From NCBI GenBank assembly GCA_964016885.1, contig OZ024740.1, positions 171,678,001 to 171,742,000 on the forward strand: DNA of 64,000 bases, in the 5' to 3' direction. The position numbers and the translations under genes were made by a program. Positions 39,784 to 53,158 of this stretch are shown piece by piece. The DNA comes from Eledone cirrhosa (lineage: Eukaryota). Under the pieces are notes generated by a model. It saw nothing but the letters and a program-made list of their open reading frames with translations. It ran no database searches and was not told the DNA's origin. Numbering within the stretch: the stretch's first letter is position 1; each line of letters starts with the position of its first letter.

Positions 39784-39993
39784 TACAAGGGCGATTTGTT
39801 AAGCCTTCATTACATTTATTGATGGGTGACGCGCGTTTCGCTTTTGTTCAACTGAAGGTTTGATTACTACAACAGAGGTCCGACGAGCTTTTGATTCCAG
39901 AGTCGGGCCAGATCGATACAGATCGAACCTTGAGCTGATCAAAAGCGAAACCCATCAATAAACGTAATGAAAGCTTAACAAATCGTCCTTGTA
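39784..39993. repeat. Inverted-repeat element with split hammerhead remnants
   Basis: Arms TACAAGGGCGATTTGTTAAGC / GCTTAACAAATCGTCCTTGTA. Plus strand has CCGACGA-GCUUUUGAU..AUCAAAAGC-GAAAC; the minus arm has GAAACGCGCGUC. Confidence 0.75.
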
Positions 39994-40101
39994 TCATTAT
40001 ATTACACTCTGTTTAGCTCTACACCTTGCTACTGACGTGAATCTAAACATCGAGTGCTCACCTGGGTGAACCTACAGTAACTTCACCTTACACTCCCTGT
40101 A

Positions 40102-40158
<57 letters not shown>

Positions 40159-40199
40159 AGACACAAAGCACGCTTTGTTTACGAACGGCTAGCGAATTT

Positions 40200-40640
40200 G
40201 AAAATTAGGTAGTAACGTGTGCTTACGCCGTATTTGACTAAATAGAATTAGTCTGTTAGTTGGGATTTAAAAGAACCTTCTGAATGGAAAAAAGGATGAG
40301 TATTGACGTACATGGGAGACGTACCCACGTCTTTGGACCAATGTGTTACCATAACACCAACACACCACCCGTCTTCTTCCATTCAAATTAGAAGCTATAA
40401 ACTTAGCGACTGTAATGTCAATTAGAATTATATAGCTTCTAATTGAATGGAGGGGAGCATGGTTGGTGTGTTGGTGTTATGGTAACACATTGATCCGGCA
40501 GACCAAAGACGTGGGTTCGTGTGCCATGTACGTCAATACTCATGTTTTCCATTCAAAGGGTTTTTTTTAAAAATACCAACGAACAGACTAATTCTCTTTA
40601 GTCAAATACGGCTTAAGCACATGTTACTACCTAATTTATA
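40200..40640. repeat. Imperfect ~440-bp palindrome (foldback element)
   Basis: Arms AATTAGGTAGTAAC..CCATAACACCAACACACCA..AGAAGCTATA and their reverse complement surround a centre near 40415. Confidence 0.8.
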
Positions 40641-40689
40641 TATATATATAGAGAGAGAGAAAGAGAGACATACGTGTATATACATAACT

Positions 40690-40992
40690 AACAAACATAT
40701 GTTCCAGTTGATCTGATCAACGGAACAGCCTGTTCGTGAAATTACCGTGCATGTGGCTGAGCATTCCACAGACCCGCATGCTCTTAATGTAGTTCTCAGG
40801 GAGATTCAGCGTGACACAGAATGTGACAAGGCTGTCCTTTAGAATTACAGGTACAACTCATTTTTGCCGGCTGAGTGGACTGTAGCAACATGAAATAAAT
40901 TGTCTTGCTTTAGGACAAAAATGCCACCGGGAATCGAACTCACGAGCCTACGATTGTGAGCCGAATAACCTAATACAAAACCACGAGCCTTC
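40690..40992 (-). mobile_element. tRNA-derived CORE-type SINE
   Basis: Reverse complement GAAGGCTCGTGG...GAGTTCGATTCCCGG...GTCCTAAAGCAAGACAATTTATTTC. Confidence 0.75.
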
Positions 40993-41669
40993 ATATACAT
41001 ATATACATATGAGCGTATGAGAGAGCCTCAATATGGTCATTCGAACTGCAAGAAATAGTAGCTAAATTTCTTTACGCTCATCAAAAAAGGCAGAACACTT
41101 GGATAATATAGTTGAAATAATTTGCAAACGAAAAAACTGAATGGAAGGTGATGAGATGGAGCAAAGCAACATCAACAACATAAAACATAATACATAAATA
41201 TACGACCAGGCACGGGTGCAGATACACACACAGAGATGCAGATATAGAACTATAGAGAGTTGTAGAAACAAATACATAGACATTTATATTTGAGGACTAT
41301 TCTTAAATGAAAGGTATTATTGACAGTGGCAATTGTTTCATAATGTAGACATTCTGTCTCCTGAATAGACAGTAACAATGTATGCATAGATTTTATTATG
41401 TGCACATGTAGGCTGGCACTTCACATTTTCCTATACGTATACACGCACCATACACACATATCTTTGTAAAAGCGGAAACCGAAGCTCGGTGTATAGATTG
41501 TATTTATAAACACATTTGGCGACAATGACTACTAAGGCTCGGAAATAGTAGAAGTTAGATAAACAAATATCAAATATACGTACACTTAGCATGCCGTATA
41601 TACATACATGCCTACATACATACATACTTGTAAACACACACGCGCATTCATACACACACAAATAAATAA

Positions 41670-41724
<55 letters not shown>

Positions 41725-41728
<4 letters not shown>

Positions 41729-41910
41729 AACCAGTAAGACCCCGACAGCTGAGCTCAAGCCGTTTCGACGGCTAATTAGAATTAGCCGTCGAAACGGCTT
41801 GAGCTCAGCTGTCGGGGTCTTACTGGTTCCTATTACCCACTCTACTACCTCAAGTATTGAGTACTTTGGTGCGTTATGGTCCACCTGGTTCCTTACCACA
41901 TTTCCTCCGT
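41725..41910. repeat. Small (TA)n-embedded element with a perfect ~50-bp hairpin and a 3' half-hammerhead
   Basis: GAAACGGCUUGAGCUCAGCUGUC-GGGG; relatives at about 4948-4997, 11880-11915, 60397-60530 and 61018-61250. Confidence 0.75.
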
Positions 41911-41942
<32 letters not shown>

Positions 41943-42053
41943 CATACATGCACACATGCTTACACACGCACGTATATGTATATTTTTCTGGTTTTATAAT
42001 TTTATAAATTTTTACCAATCGAGAGAGTCAGTTTCTAACATAGACACTATATA

Positions 42054-42106
<53 letters not shown>

Positions 42107-42436
42107 AGAATGTGTATGTATGTAGAATGTGTATGTAGGGAATAACTCCTCTTCTAAGTATCTCGACTGTTTTCGTCTAAGCTATTTTATCAAGGGTTTT
42201 TTTAATTCATATTTACGTATGAGTTCTTCGCAATTTGTTTGGGACCGTATAGTTGACAAATAAATCATCAACGCACACACACGCACATACAAGCACACAC
42301 GAACGCACACGCACATGCGGTCACATACGCACACAGACGCGCGCACACACAGTGACACAAACACACATATACACACGCACACACACACACATACACATAT
42401 ATATATATGGAATGTAGAAAAGTGACACATGAGTTG

Positions 42437-43306
<870 letters not shown>

Positions 43307-43332
43307 TATTCAGCCATGTAGAGCGAAAATGT

Positions 43333-43403
<71 letters not shown>

Positions 43404-43938
43404 TATATATATATATTCTAATATATATATATATTCCAATTTTACCTAAGTTAATTATTTTCAACTGAACCAGATCAATAATGATGTATAATCATTTGAT
43501 CCAGAAATATTATATGGAGTAGCGAAACAATTGTAAACGGACATATCCCGCCGAGGTTAACTTTGCCTTTCATCCTTACGGGGTCGATAAAATAAAGTAC
43601 CAGTAATGTACTGGGTAATTGCTGGCCTTGTGCCTAAAGTAGAAACAATTATTATTAATATTATTATTATTATTCTCTACATTTCTTACATCAAACTAAA
43701 ATATGTTGACAATCTTTTAATAATGTCTTCCTTGTGAAATTTGTGGTCTTGTTTTGCTTAACTAATGAATATTTCCAGCTCTGTGCACCTAACCCCTGCA
43801 TGAACCCAGCCACCTAGCTGCCTTCCACTGCATATTGCACATTGAGCACATGCCTTTACGATTTGGCTTCTAACTAATTCACCAATCTTTCTTCTCCTCT
43901 CCTATCTCCATCTCTCTCTTTAAGATTGGTTACTCTTG

Positions 43939-43976
<38 letters not shown>

Positions 43977-44186
43977 GGCTAAGAGACAAAAAAATAAACG
44001 GTAAAGTTAGGGAATGTTAAAGTGACGTTCAGAAGAGAAAGTCAAACAAAGTTAGTCGATAACATTTCGGGCTACAGGAAAAAGTAGGGAAAATAAATGA
44101 AAGCTATTTTGCCAACTAATCAGTTTTCATAATCGGCCATTATTGATTTTTATTAATATCTATATGCATGATTTCAAATTAAATTG

Positions 44187-44475
44187 TGAAGGCGCATGGC
44201 TTACTGGGTAAAGCATCGGGCTTACAATTGCGAGGTTAGGAATTCGACTCTTGGACTGGGCTTTGCGTTGTGTTCTTGAGCAAGACACTTTATTTCACGT
44301 CATTCCAATTCACTCAGCTATAGAAATGAATTGGAACGTCACTGGTGCCAAGCTGTATCGACCTTTCCTTTTCTTTGGAGAACATCGGTGGCGCGGAGAA
44401 GGTAGATTCCTATGCATGGGCGACTACTGGTCTTTCACAAACAACCTTGCCCGGACTTATGTCTAGGAGGGGGTC
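44187..44475 (+). mobile_element. SINE family 1 (tRNA head, CORE)
   Basis: GAAGGCGCATGGCTTACTGG...ATTCGACTC...TGTGTTCTTGAGCAAGACAC. Confidence 0.8.
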
Positions 44476-45515
44476 TTTAGTCTTGATTTCAAATCCCGCC
44501 GAGGTTAGCTTTGCCTTTCATCTTTACGGGGTCGATAAAATAAAGCACCAGTAATGCACTGGGGTCGATTTAATTGACTTCCCCTTCCCCGCAATGGTTG
44601 CTCAGAAAACATCAGAAAACATTATTGACAAACATGAAAACCAAAGAAAATTCTGAAAATACATTCGATTCGAATGTAAAACATTCGAAATACATTCGAA
44701 ACACATAAGAAACATCGATTATTGCATAAGTCACAATGTAACTCCCAAAGCACAATATAACTCTGTTCCTAGTGCTTGAATGCGCTGATATACACAGTTG
44801 GAAATTACTTGGGACTACCTAGGAGGCGTAACTCCTTGTAGGGTAAAGAACGTCAAAGTAGAAGAGGGCTCCTCTTACTCATCCGAGGGGATATGCGTTC
44901 AATTACTATTTAAAAAAGGAATAGATATAGAAATTTTAAAGATTCCAAGTTCATGTTTATTCAAAATTATTCAAAACTTTCTTTTTTAATGATTCCTGCT
45001 ATCTTAACTCATTAAAAAACCCCCAAGAATTCCTAAATTATAATGTAAAAACGTCGAAATTTCTCCATTTTCAGAGTATATCCTTTTTTTTGCAGGCTTT
45101 TATATCTTACCTCTTCCCGTAAAACCATCCTTATTTTGTCATCATGTGTTTTCAAAGTGTAGCTCCATACTTGTGATTAGTTAAGAAATATTACAATATA
45201 TTACACATCGGTGACTGATTAATCGGTAATCGGCCGATCTGCTTATCGGTGCAACCATTATATATATATATATATATATATATTGGTAAACGGAATAGAA
45301 AATGCTGACAAATTGTTCACAGTTGAAAAATGGTTTAATTAGGAATAAAAGAGTATTAGTGATTGTATGGGTTAGTATTCAGTTGTGGTTTTAAGTTTTT
45401 AAGTTTTTACCGGTTGCGCATTTCTAAATGCTTTTCAAAAATAATTTTGAGATAGAGTGTCCGTGCTGTTTGCTCTGATCTGATTAGTTTTGGGAATTCT
45501 ACCTGTTTTTATGAT

Positions 45516-46370
45516 CTCCCCTTCAACTCTTGCCACCCTAGACACGTTAAAATTAATATTCCCTACAACTTAGCCAAGAGAATCTGTACTATAGTCTCCA
45601 ATAAAAACATCTGCTACTTACGGCTACAAGAACTAAAGGACACACTCATAGGCAGGGACTACCCTGCATCACTAATTGACAATGGAATCCAACGTGCCCT
45701 AAAACTCAGTACCCAGGACCTTAGACACCCTAAAGTAAATCAACCAAAACTAAAAGCTCTTCCATACATCTCCACACACAACCCCCTCAACAATGAGGCC
45801 TTTGACACCATCCTCCAGAACATCCCTGTATTGAAAAAGGACCATAGAATGAACCAAATTCTACGAACACACGATATCATAAAGAGCAAAAGACAATCCA
45901 AGTCAATGAAAAACATCTTAACACATGCCAAAGTACTGCCAACCACAACAACGAAACCCACAGTAAAAAAATGCGAAAAACCCAACTGTGGCATTTGCAT
46001 CAACCTAATAGAGGGTTCGGAATTCTATTTCAAAGATGGACAACGTTTTATAGTAAAACACAATTTCACATGTGCATCGGAAAATCTAATATATGTATTA
46101 ACTTGTTCAGGTTGTCGAGAACAATACATAGGCCAGACCAAAAACAGCCTCCGCCAACGCATGACTGTCCATAGATCCCAAATTAAAATACGGGAATACA
46201 GGAAAATACCACTGAGTGAACACATTGATACCTGTGCCGCCCAAAATCATCCCAACTTCAGAATGTTTCCCCTCTACAAATTTAAAGATAATGCCACCCA
46301 CACCCAGCGCATCAGCAAGGAATCTTACTTCATTAACAAATACGGACCCCGTCTAAACACTTCTCCCTAA
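45516..46370 (+). CDS. PLE ORF C-terminus: RT thumb, Cys linker and GIY-YIG endonuclease (no start, truncated)
   Basis: Open frame LPFNSCHPRHVKINIPYNLAKRICTI...RDYP...CEKPNCGIC...FTCASENLIYVLTCSGCREQYIGQT..LRQRMTVH..LSEH..E..FI...LN. Confidence 0.88.
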   Translation, partial: LPFNSCHPRHVKINIPYNLAKRICTIVSNKNICYLRLQELKDTLIGRDYPASLIDNGIQRALKLSTQDLRHPKVNQPKLKALPYISTHNPLNNEAFDTILQNIPVLKKDHRMNQILRTHDIIKSKRQSKSMKNILTHAKVLPTTTTKPTVKKCEKPNCGICINLIEGSEFYFKDGQRFIVKHNFTCASENLIYVLTCSGCREQYIGQTKNSLRQRMTVHRSQIKIREYRKIPLSEHIDTCAAQNHPNFRMFPLYKFKDNATHTQRISKESYFINKYGPRLNTSP

Positions 46371-46896
46371 GACGAACCCACAACATACACACGTCAACAT
46401 ACATACCTACATCAGCACACATCTCTACCCACATATAAACACAATGACACACGTAAACACACATGCTCTATGGTGCAATACAAAAAAATATATGTGCATA
46501 TATATGTATGTATATATGTATATATATATATATATATGTAGTGAATATATGTATGTGTATATATATATATAGAGAATATCATTTCACACCTTTTATTGTT
46601 AAGATTTTTGATGTTCTATTAAGAGAACCGATTTTACTGAAAAAATCGAATAATGTACACCATTTTACCAGGGGGAAAAAAAATACTGGTCCACCCACAC
46701 ACACACACACACATATATACACAAACACATACACACGCGTACATCAACATACAAAGAGACTTATATACACACACACACACACGCACTTCTCCGTATAAGA
46801 CAAAAGCTGAAAAATATCTTTTGACATGCTAAAATACCCCCCATTGCTTTCAGACACATTCTTACTGACCATCCCTGCCACCACAAATTACTCTGC

Positions 46897-46935
<39 letters not shown>

Positions 46936-47508
46936 ATCTTTTGACATGCTAAAATACCCCCCCCATTGCTTTCAGACACATTCTTACTGACCATCCCTAC
47001 CACCACGAATCACTCTGCTATACACACACACACACACACACACTTATCTTAATAGCCATTTGACACACATCGCTGCTGGCCATTGTCGCAGCATCGAACA
47101 CCTTACTACTACTACTACACACACACACACGCACACACATACACACACACACGCACACACACACACACATACACACACACACACACACACATATTTGTTG
47201 TGAAAGAGTCATTTCTCAATCTTGGCGCAAAACCAATTTTTTATTCACATGACCTCTACCGACCAATCAAAATTGTTTTGACCAAGAATTTTTGCTGGAG
47301 CCACTTTTTTTTACATAAAAACAGTCTTGGCACAAAATCAACTTTTTACATTCACATGACCTCTACCGACCAATCAAAATTGTTTTGACCACAAGAATTT
47401 TTGCAACACAAAAATAACGCTGGAGCCACTTTTTTAACATAAAAACAGGTAGAATTCCCAAAACTAATCAGATCAGAGCAAACAGCACGGACATCTATCT
47501 CAAAATTA

Positions 47509-47546
47509 TTTTTGAAAAGCATTTAGAAATGCGCAACCGGTAAAAA
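47509..47546 (+). ncRNA. Hammerhead-like motif in the PLE pLTR (variant core; inverted copy near 45405-45442)
   Basis: UUU-UUGAAAA-GCAUUU-AG-AAAUGC-GCAACCGGUA-AAA. It has U3:A8, GCAA in place of GAAA and a weak helix I. Confidence 0.45.
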
Positions 47547-47702
47547 CTTAAAAACTTAAAACCACAACTGAATACTAACCCATACAATCACTAATACTCT
47601 TTTATTCCTAATTAAACCATTTTTCAACTGTGAACAATTTGTCAGCATTTTCTATTCCGTTTACCAATATATAATAACTTGTGTGTTACACCTCTATTCT
47701 TT

Positions 47703-47734
<32 letters not shown>

Positions 47735-47821
47735 CTTTTAGAAGATGCAGGAATCCCAAACGCCAAAAATAAGTGTAGCAACAGTCGATTGTGATAAATA
47801 AAGGTAAAAGTAAGGTAAGTA

Positions 47822-48157
47822 AAGACCCCCTTCGGTCATGAATGGCCATGGGATTTGCACCTAGAAAGTTCCCCTCCGAGGTAAAAGCCCGGGAAAGGTT
47901 ATTTGTGGAAGACCAACAGTCGCCCATGCATACCAGTCTCTCCTCTCCACGCCACCGATGTTGTTCCAGGGAAAGGCTAAGGCCGATACATCTTGGCACC
48001 AATGACGTCGCGAATCATTTCTACAGCTGAATGAACTGGACCAACGTGAAATAAAGTGTCTTGCTTAAGAACACAACTCAAAACCGGGGCCGATAATCGA
48101 ACTCACAACCACACCATTGTAAACCCGACGCTCTAACCACTAAGCCACGCGCCTTCA
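47822..48157 (-). mobile_element. SINE family 1, full-length copy
   Basis: Reverse complement GAAGGCGCGTGGCTTAGTGGTTAGAGCG...GAGTTCGATT; body as in 2387-2730. Confidence 0.85.
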
Positions 48158-48794
48158 ATATGATAAATAATAGCTTTAAAAAACTTGTAAAATCTCCCAT
48201 GGATGTGAAAAAGGGACCAGGAGCCAATAGGAAGAATTGAATTCTGCATCTCTTGAATTGCGGCTGAGTTCTCTATGCATTGATCTAAGGGACCTCTGGC
48301 AACAGATTTTGTCTCAATTAGAGAGCTATACCGAAAAACTTGGATGTAACAACCTTCTATACAAACTTTGAAGCTCTGGATAATTTAAAATTCTTATAGA
48401 AAATGTAAGAACCCCGAACGCTGAAATAACTATAACAGCAGTTGGTTGCTATGAATAATAACTTTGAAAGTAAATTAATAAATTAGTAAACAAGCTATAA
48501 AATAAATAGACAATAAAGGTTAATTATATATAAATCAGAAGCCTGTGTCAGCAAATTTTACTTTATTATATTATTTTATGTATTTTCATTTCTTATACAA
48601 ATGTCAGATTTTGACCCAAATGTTCAATTGATCTCATGAGGTCGATATCGACTACTTTAGGGACCCCATCGTTGACATTCTACAAAAAGACGCGATAGGA
48701 CTAGTTTTGATGTGTTTGGAGTTATAAATTATAAATATTTCTAAATATACGATAACAATGCATCGTGTGTATGCATGTATATGTGTGTGTGTAG

Positions 48795-49160
48795 TGGCCA
48801 ACGGCAACAGCACCAACCAATCTATGAAAGGTTCTCATGCCCACCCCCATTCGTTCGCTCTGCCTCTCCAACGTCCACATCCCCAGGCATATGCCACCCT
48901 CTCGTTACAGCAGACAAAATCCAATTCGTTCGCGGGCACACCCTTACGTGTGGCCAACACCACCCCGATAGCAGCGAGTAGGAAGGTAGTTCGAGGGCTC
49001 AGAACACCAGACGTTTCCACCGCTATAGGTTCAATGACAAATCTATCGGAATGTACCCGATACTTCAACAACTTACGATCTTCAGCTTGTCGGGCAACGG
49101 AACCTGGGTCTGTCGGTGAATCCACCAGGTTTCTGCTGGAGAAAGTGTCGCTATAATGTC
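48795..49160 (-). mobile_element. 3' fragment of a CRE-like RLE non-LTR retrotransposon
   Basis: DTFS...GSVARQAEDRKLLKY...EPIAVETSG resembles an RLE C-terminus; it ends in a (CA)n-like tract. Confidence 0.6.
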
Positions 49161-49369
49161 GCAACCCAGCAGTAAAAAGAAATTTGGATTTAGACATTCC
49201 GTCTTAATATTTAAATCCCGAGTCTTATGTGTAGTCTGTATCGCTCGTGTTTATAACTTACTTTAATTCAAATACCTTTTCTTTGTTCTCCAGCCGAAGA
49301 AAGATCTCCTTAACCGACGCATTATAATATATTTGCCTTGAGTTATTCTTAATTCAGTTAAACTATATA

Positions 49370-49625
49370 TAATATTAATAAATGGAAACTATCTTTATAA
49401 AACCATATTTATTTTATTATATATATTTCAAGGGTACCAGTATTTTGGTACGGTCTCATTAGATAAAATACAAAAATTGGTTTACAGATAGTGACATATT
49501 TACATATGAACTTAGTTATGAGTTATATGAAAATAGTGAGAGTACCAAAATACTGGTACCCTTGAAATATATATAATAAAATAAATATGGTTTTATAAAG
49601 ATAGTTTGCATTTATTAATATTATT
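49370..49625. repeat. Inverted-repeat element with degenerate HHR (49410-49470, minus)
   Basis: Same family as 10497-10630. Here GAAAUAUAUAUA is intact but the core reads CUAAUGA. Confidence 0.7.
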
Positions 49626-49860
49626 GAAATTATACTCCAGAAGAAAATCTGTTGAGTGCTTCTAATCTATTATAAATTAAATTTGTTGAATAATCAACAA
49701 ATTAAATAACTCATTGTTTATATATATATATATATTCCTTTTCCTTTGCCATTTTATTTACATAAGAGTGTTTTATTAAATATATTTTATTTGACTTTCA
49801 TTATAATTATCATATACACTTAAATTTTTCAGAAATATTTTTTCTTATTAATAATAGATG

Positions 49861-50468
49861 TTACAGATACGTATATCGCGTTTGTGAACCGTATGTGTCA
49901 TACATGTTTTCACTTGTTGATGTTGTTATTGGCATTAAAGTGTCTTGGAATGTGTTTTCTAATGGCACCATGCTTGTTTGGTAAACTGTATTTTGGTTCC
50001 TATGTGATGATAAATGGTAATCTGTTGTGTACGATATATCATTTGCTGGCTGCTGATTGTATGTGTTGTGTTGAACGATTGAATAACCACCTACACTTGG
50101 GACTGGCCCCTCGTAACAGGTGTAAGGGCTACTTGGGCTCCGGTAAGGAGAACCGGAATCACTTCCGCTTCCAGTCGAAGATGAGCATTTCTGCGCTTGC
50201 TGTATCATTTTGAAGTTAAATTTGTACGTGTAACGTTTGCCTTGAACTTTTGACAGAATCTGCTTTTCGTAATAATAACGCAATGCTCGACTCAATTTAT
50301 CATAGTTCATACTTGGTTTGTTCTTTCTTTTGCCCCATTTTCGAGCTACTTCTTCTGGGTCAACCATACGAAATTCTCCGCGACCACCGTCCCATTTGAT
50401 GCAAGAAGTGTTCGTGTCGTCTAAAAGCAATTCAAGTAAAAACTGCCATAATTGAACCTGGCCGCCAG
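49861..50468 (-). CDS. ETS-family transcription factor, last coding exon (ETS domain, ERG/FLI/FEV-like)
   Basis: [51 protein letters not shown]...[11 protein letters not shown]; acceptor ttttgtag, phase 1, TAA at 49861. Confidence 0.95.
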
Positions 50469-51796
50469 CTACAAAATAAGAGTTAATTAGAAGTTAATTT
50501 ACAAATGTAAAAAGAAAACGTTTCTAAGCAATAATTACAAAGAACATATATAAAACTAAAGAAAATGAGTGAAAACTAATAAGACTTATGAATTTTTTCT
50601 ATTTGTGATCGTTTTCTTTACTATAATAGTAGAATCATTAATTGAAGTGACTCTACTACATTATTTGGATTCATTTTGTCAGTCTCCAGATTAAAAAGAA
50701 TAAAATCAATCCTGATAGGATTTAAATTCGGAATGTAAATAAAGATAAACAAGCTTGGCCATCATGAAATAGCAGCCAAATATACCTAAAATAATAGTGA
50801 AAGGATACACTGAAGTATCACTAGTATCACTAGAAAGACTTGGGGTGGGGCTTTTGATAATATTTCTGTTCGCTCTGGACCAAACTATGGCATCTACCAT
50901 CGGGCTGAACACCCAACAAGACATAATTAAGTACAGAAGTAACGTAAATAAAAATTCATGTAAATATGTATGACATGGTAGGTTTCGCTTACTTAATCAC
51001 CATGAAGCTCTTTGAATTTTTTTTTCTCTAACGATAACGCGAAAGCTAAAGTTTTACTATGTTGAAAATCTTCCGATAATTTTAGCCGAATGTTCTAAAT
51101 ATAGCGATAAAATATTGTAGTGAATAGAATTGAAGGAAAGATTATTTGCTATCCAGAGTTGGTCTAAAATGTTGATTAGATTAGAACATTTAGGAGAAAA
51201 CGTCTTTGCTTTTAACTTGAAGGCCTTATCCCTCAGATTATAAGGCAAACGAAAAGATTTAAAGTATAGTTTTTAACAAAAACCTTTGGTGTCGTTTCCA
51301 TTCAAAGACAAGATAACTTCCGTGTAAAATTTCTTATTGTATGTGTTTTATATGTACTTATTCCTATATGATTTTAAGTGTTATTCTCAACATAAATGTC
51401 TGTATATGTAATTAAAACCAGCACCTAGAACATTCGTGTTGAGTTGTTTACTGGAAACGTCATCTCCGTACTTCAACCAGAGTGAACTTGAAAGCAATAC
51501 TGAACGCTAGGAAAACACTTGTTCCTTTTACAGTTCTCTCCTACTTTTTATATTGATTGCTAATTTACAGACGATGCTAACAAATTTCGGGAAAGTGCAA
51601 ATCTGATTCAATTAACACCCAGTATTTGACTGGTATTTTTTATTTTATCGACCCTGGAAGGATAAAATGCGAAGTTGATCTCGACAGGATTTGAACGCAC
51701 AATGTAAAGACCTAGACCAAATACCGCAATAGCATTTTATCGAACCTTCTAGCGATCCTGCCAATTCATCACGCTTCCCTACTCTTTATATTAACA

Positions 51797-52165
51797 CAGA
51801 CCTATCAACTCTCCCCGTCCGAGGGGGAGGTCTCCCGCCCACTTGGGGGTGGGCGAGAGATGTCTTCTCTTGTGAAAATGCGTACAGCTTTCATTATGTA
51901 GCGGTGGATTGGCAGTATCGGTAGAGGGTCGGACGCCATGCTTTCCAGCATAGTTACAGCCCTTTATGATCTGAGTTCAAATCCCGCCGAGGTTGACTTT
52001 GCCTTTCATCCTTACGGGGTCGATAAAATAAAGTACCAGTAATGCACTGGGTAATTGCTGGCCTTGTGCCTAAAGTAGAAACAATTATGTAAAATCTCCT
52101 CTTTTCCTAATTTCACCCCGTTTTGGGGTACTTTTTCTTTGGGTTTTGATAGGTTGACAGGTCTG
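51797..52165. mobile_element. CAGACCT-TIR MITE interrupted by a family-2 SINE (51901-52083)
   Basis: The two halves match 14906-15087, and the SINE is flanked by a duplicated ATTATGTA (51893-51900 and 52084-52091). Confidence 0.75.
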
Positions 52166-52328
52166 TTACATTGTATCTTAATATGTTTCCTATTTACAGC
52201 TAGATCGACCAAAATAAAGAGATAGAAACGTATTGAATAATAAGTAGTACATAGGACAGGATATGGTCAGTCGTCAGACACTATCAATTGACCAAGTGCT
52301 GTTATTCTATGGTATAGTATCTGATATG

Positions 52329-52600
52329 TGGATGCACGTGGCCTAGTGGTAGGGGTATTGGACTTACGATCATAATTTCGTGAGTTCGATTCCTGGGCTG
52401 GGTTGCATGTTGTGTTCTTGGGCAAAACACTTCATTTCACGTTGTTCCAGTATACTCAGCTGAAAATGAATACCAGCAATAGCTGGAGTTTAACCCTGCG
52501 ATTGACTGGTGCCCTGTGTAGGGGAAGTCTTGTACTCTCAGTCGCTTCACGCCATGAAACCAGCATAAGCACCGGCCTAACGAGCCGTCTGGCTTGTGAC
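52329..52600 (+). mobile_element. tRNA-derived CORE-type SINE
   Basis: GTGGCCTAGTGGTAGGG...GAGTTCGATTCC...TGTGTTCTTGGGCAAAACACTT. Confidence 0.75.
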
Positions 52601-52852
52601 AGACTTTAGACATAGAGATAATATCTGATAGTTCACTTACTGGATATATAAGATCTGAGATCATAAAACGACTCATCATCGTCATCTGCTTTACTATTGT
52701 AGACTCCTATAGATAAAAAAGGAAAGAAGACAATTAATATATATATATATATATGTTTGTGTGTGTGTGTGTGTGTGTGTGCGTTGTATCCCGGGTTCAA
52801 TCGGGAGTAAACACAGTAAGTAAGGTACTCAATACATAGTAGAGTATATAAT

Positions 52853-52970
52853 ATTTAATATAGAAATGACTTCTACGGGACTAGACCTGTTTCATTCGAA
52901 GGAAAGCTTTGCTGATGATTTTCTTCGAATGAAACAGTTCTACTCCTGCAGAAGCCATTTCTATATTAAA
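52853..52970. repeat. Hairpin element with degenerate HHR
   Basis: Plus strand CUGAUGA-UUUUCUUCGAAU-GAAACAG..CUGCA-GAAGC; the inverted arm retains GAAACAGG..CCCGUA-GAAG. Confidence 0.5.
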
Positions 52971-52974
52971 CATA

Positions 52975-53039
<65 letters not shown>

Positions 53040-53158
53040 ATGTGTGCGTATGTGTGTGTAAATGTGTGTGTGTAAGTATGTGCGTGCATGTCTGCGTAAT
53101 AGTGAGTGTGTGTTTTGTTTTGGTTTTGTGTGTATATGTAGTGCTCTACGCATGTATA

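Larger units (their letters stand above)
45283..47668 (+). mobile_element. 5'-truncated Penelope-like element (Neptune-type) with inverted 5' pLTR
   Basis: 45283-45513 is the reverse complement of 47438-47668. It encloses an RT-thumb + GIY-YIG ORF and a microsatellite-rich 3' region with short internal duplications. Confidence 0.9.

Noticed and set aside
47822-48157. tRNA gene calls at A/B-box sequences (also 2387, 44187, 52329)
   Set aside because: These are SINE heads continuing into CORE and shared bodies, with no complete cloverleaf.
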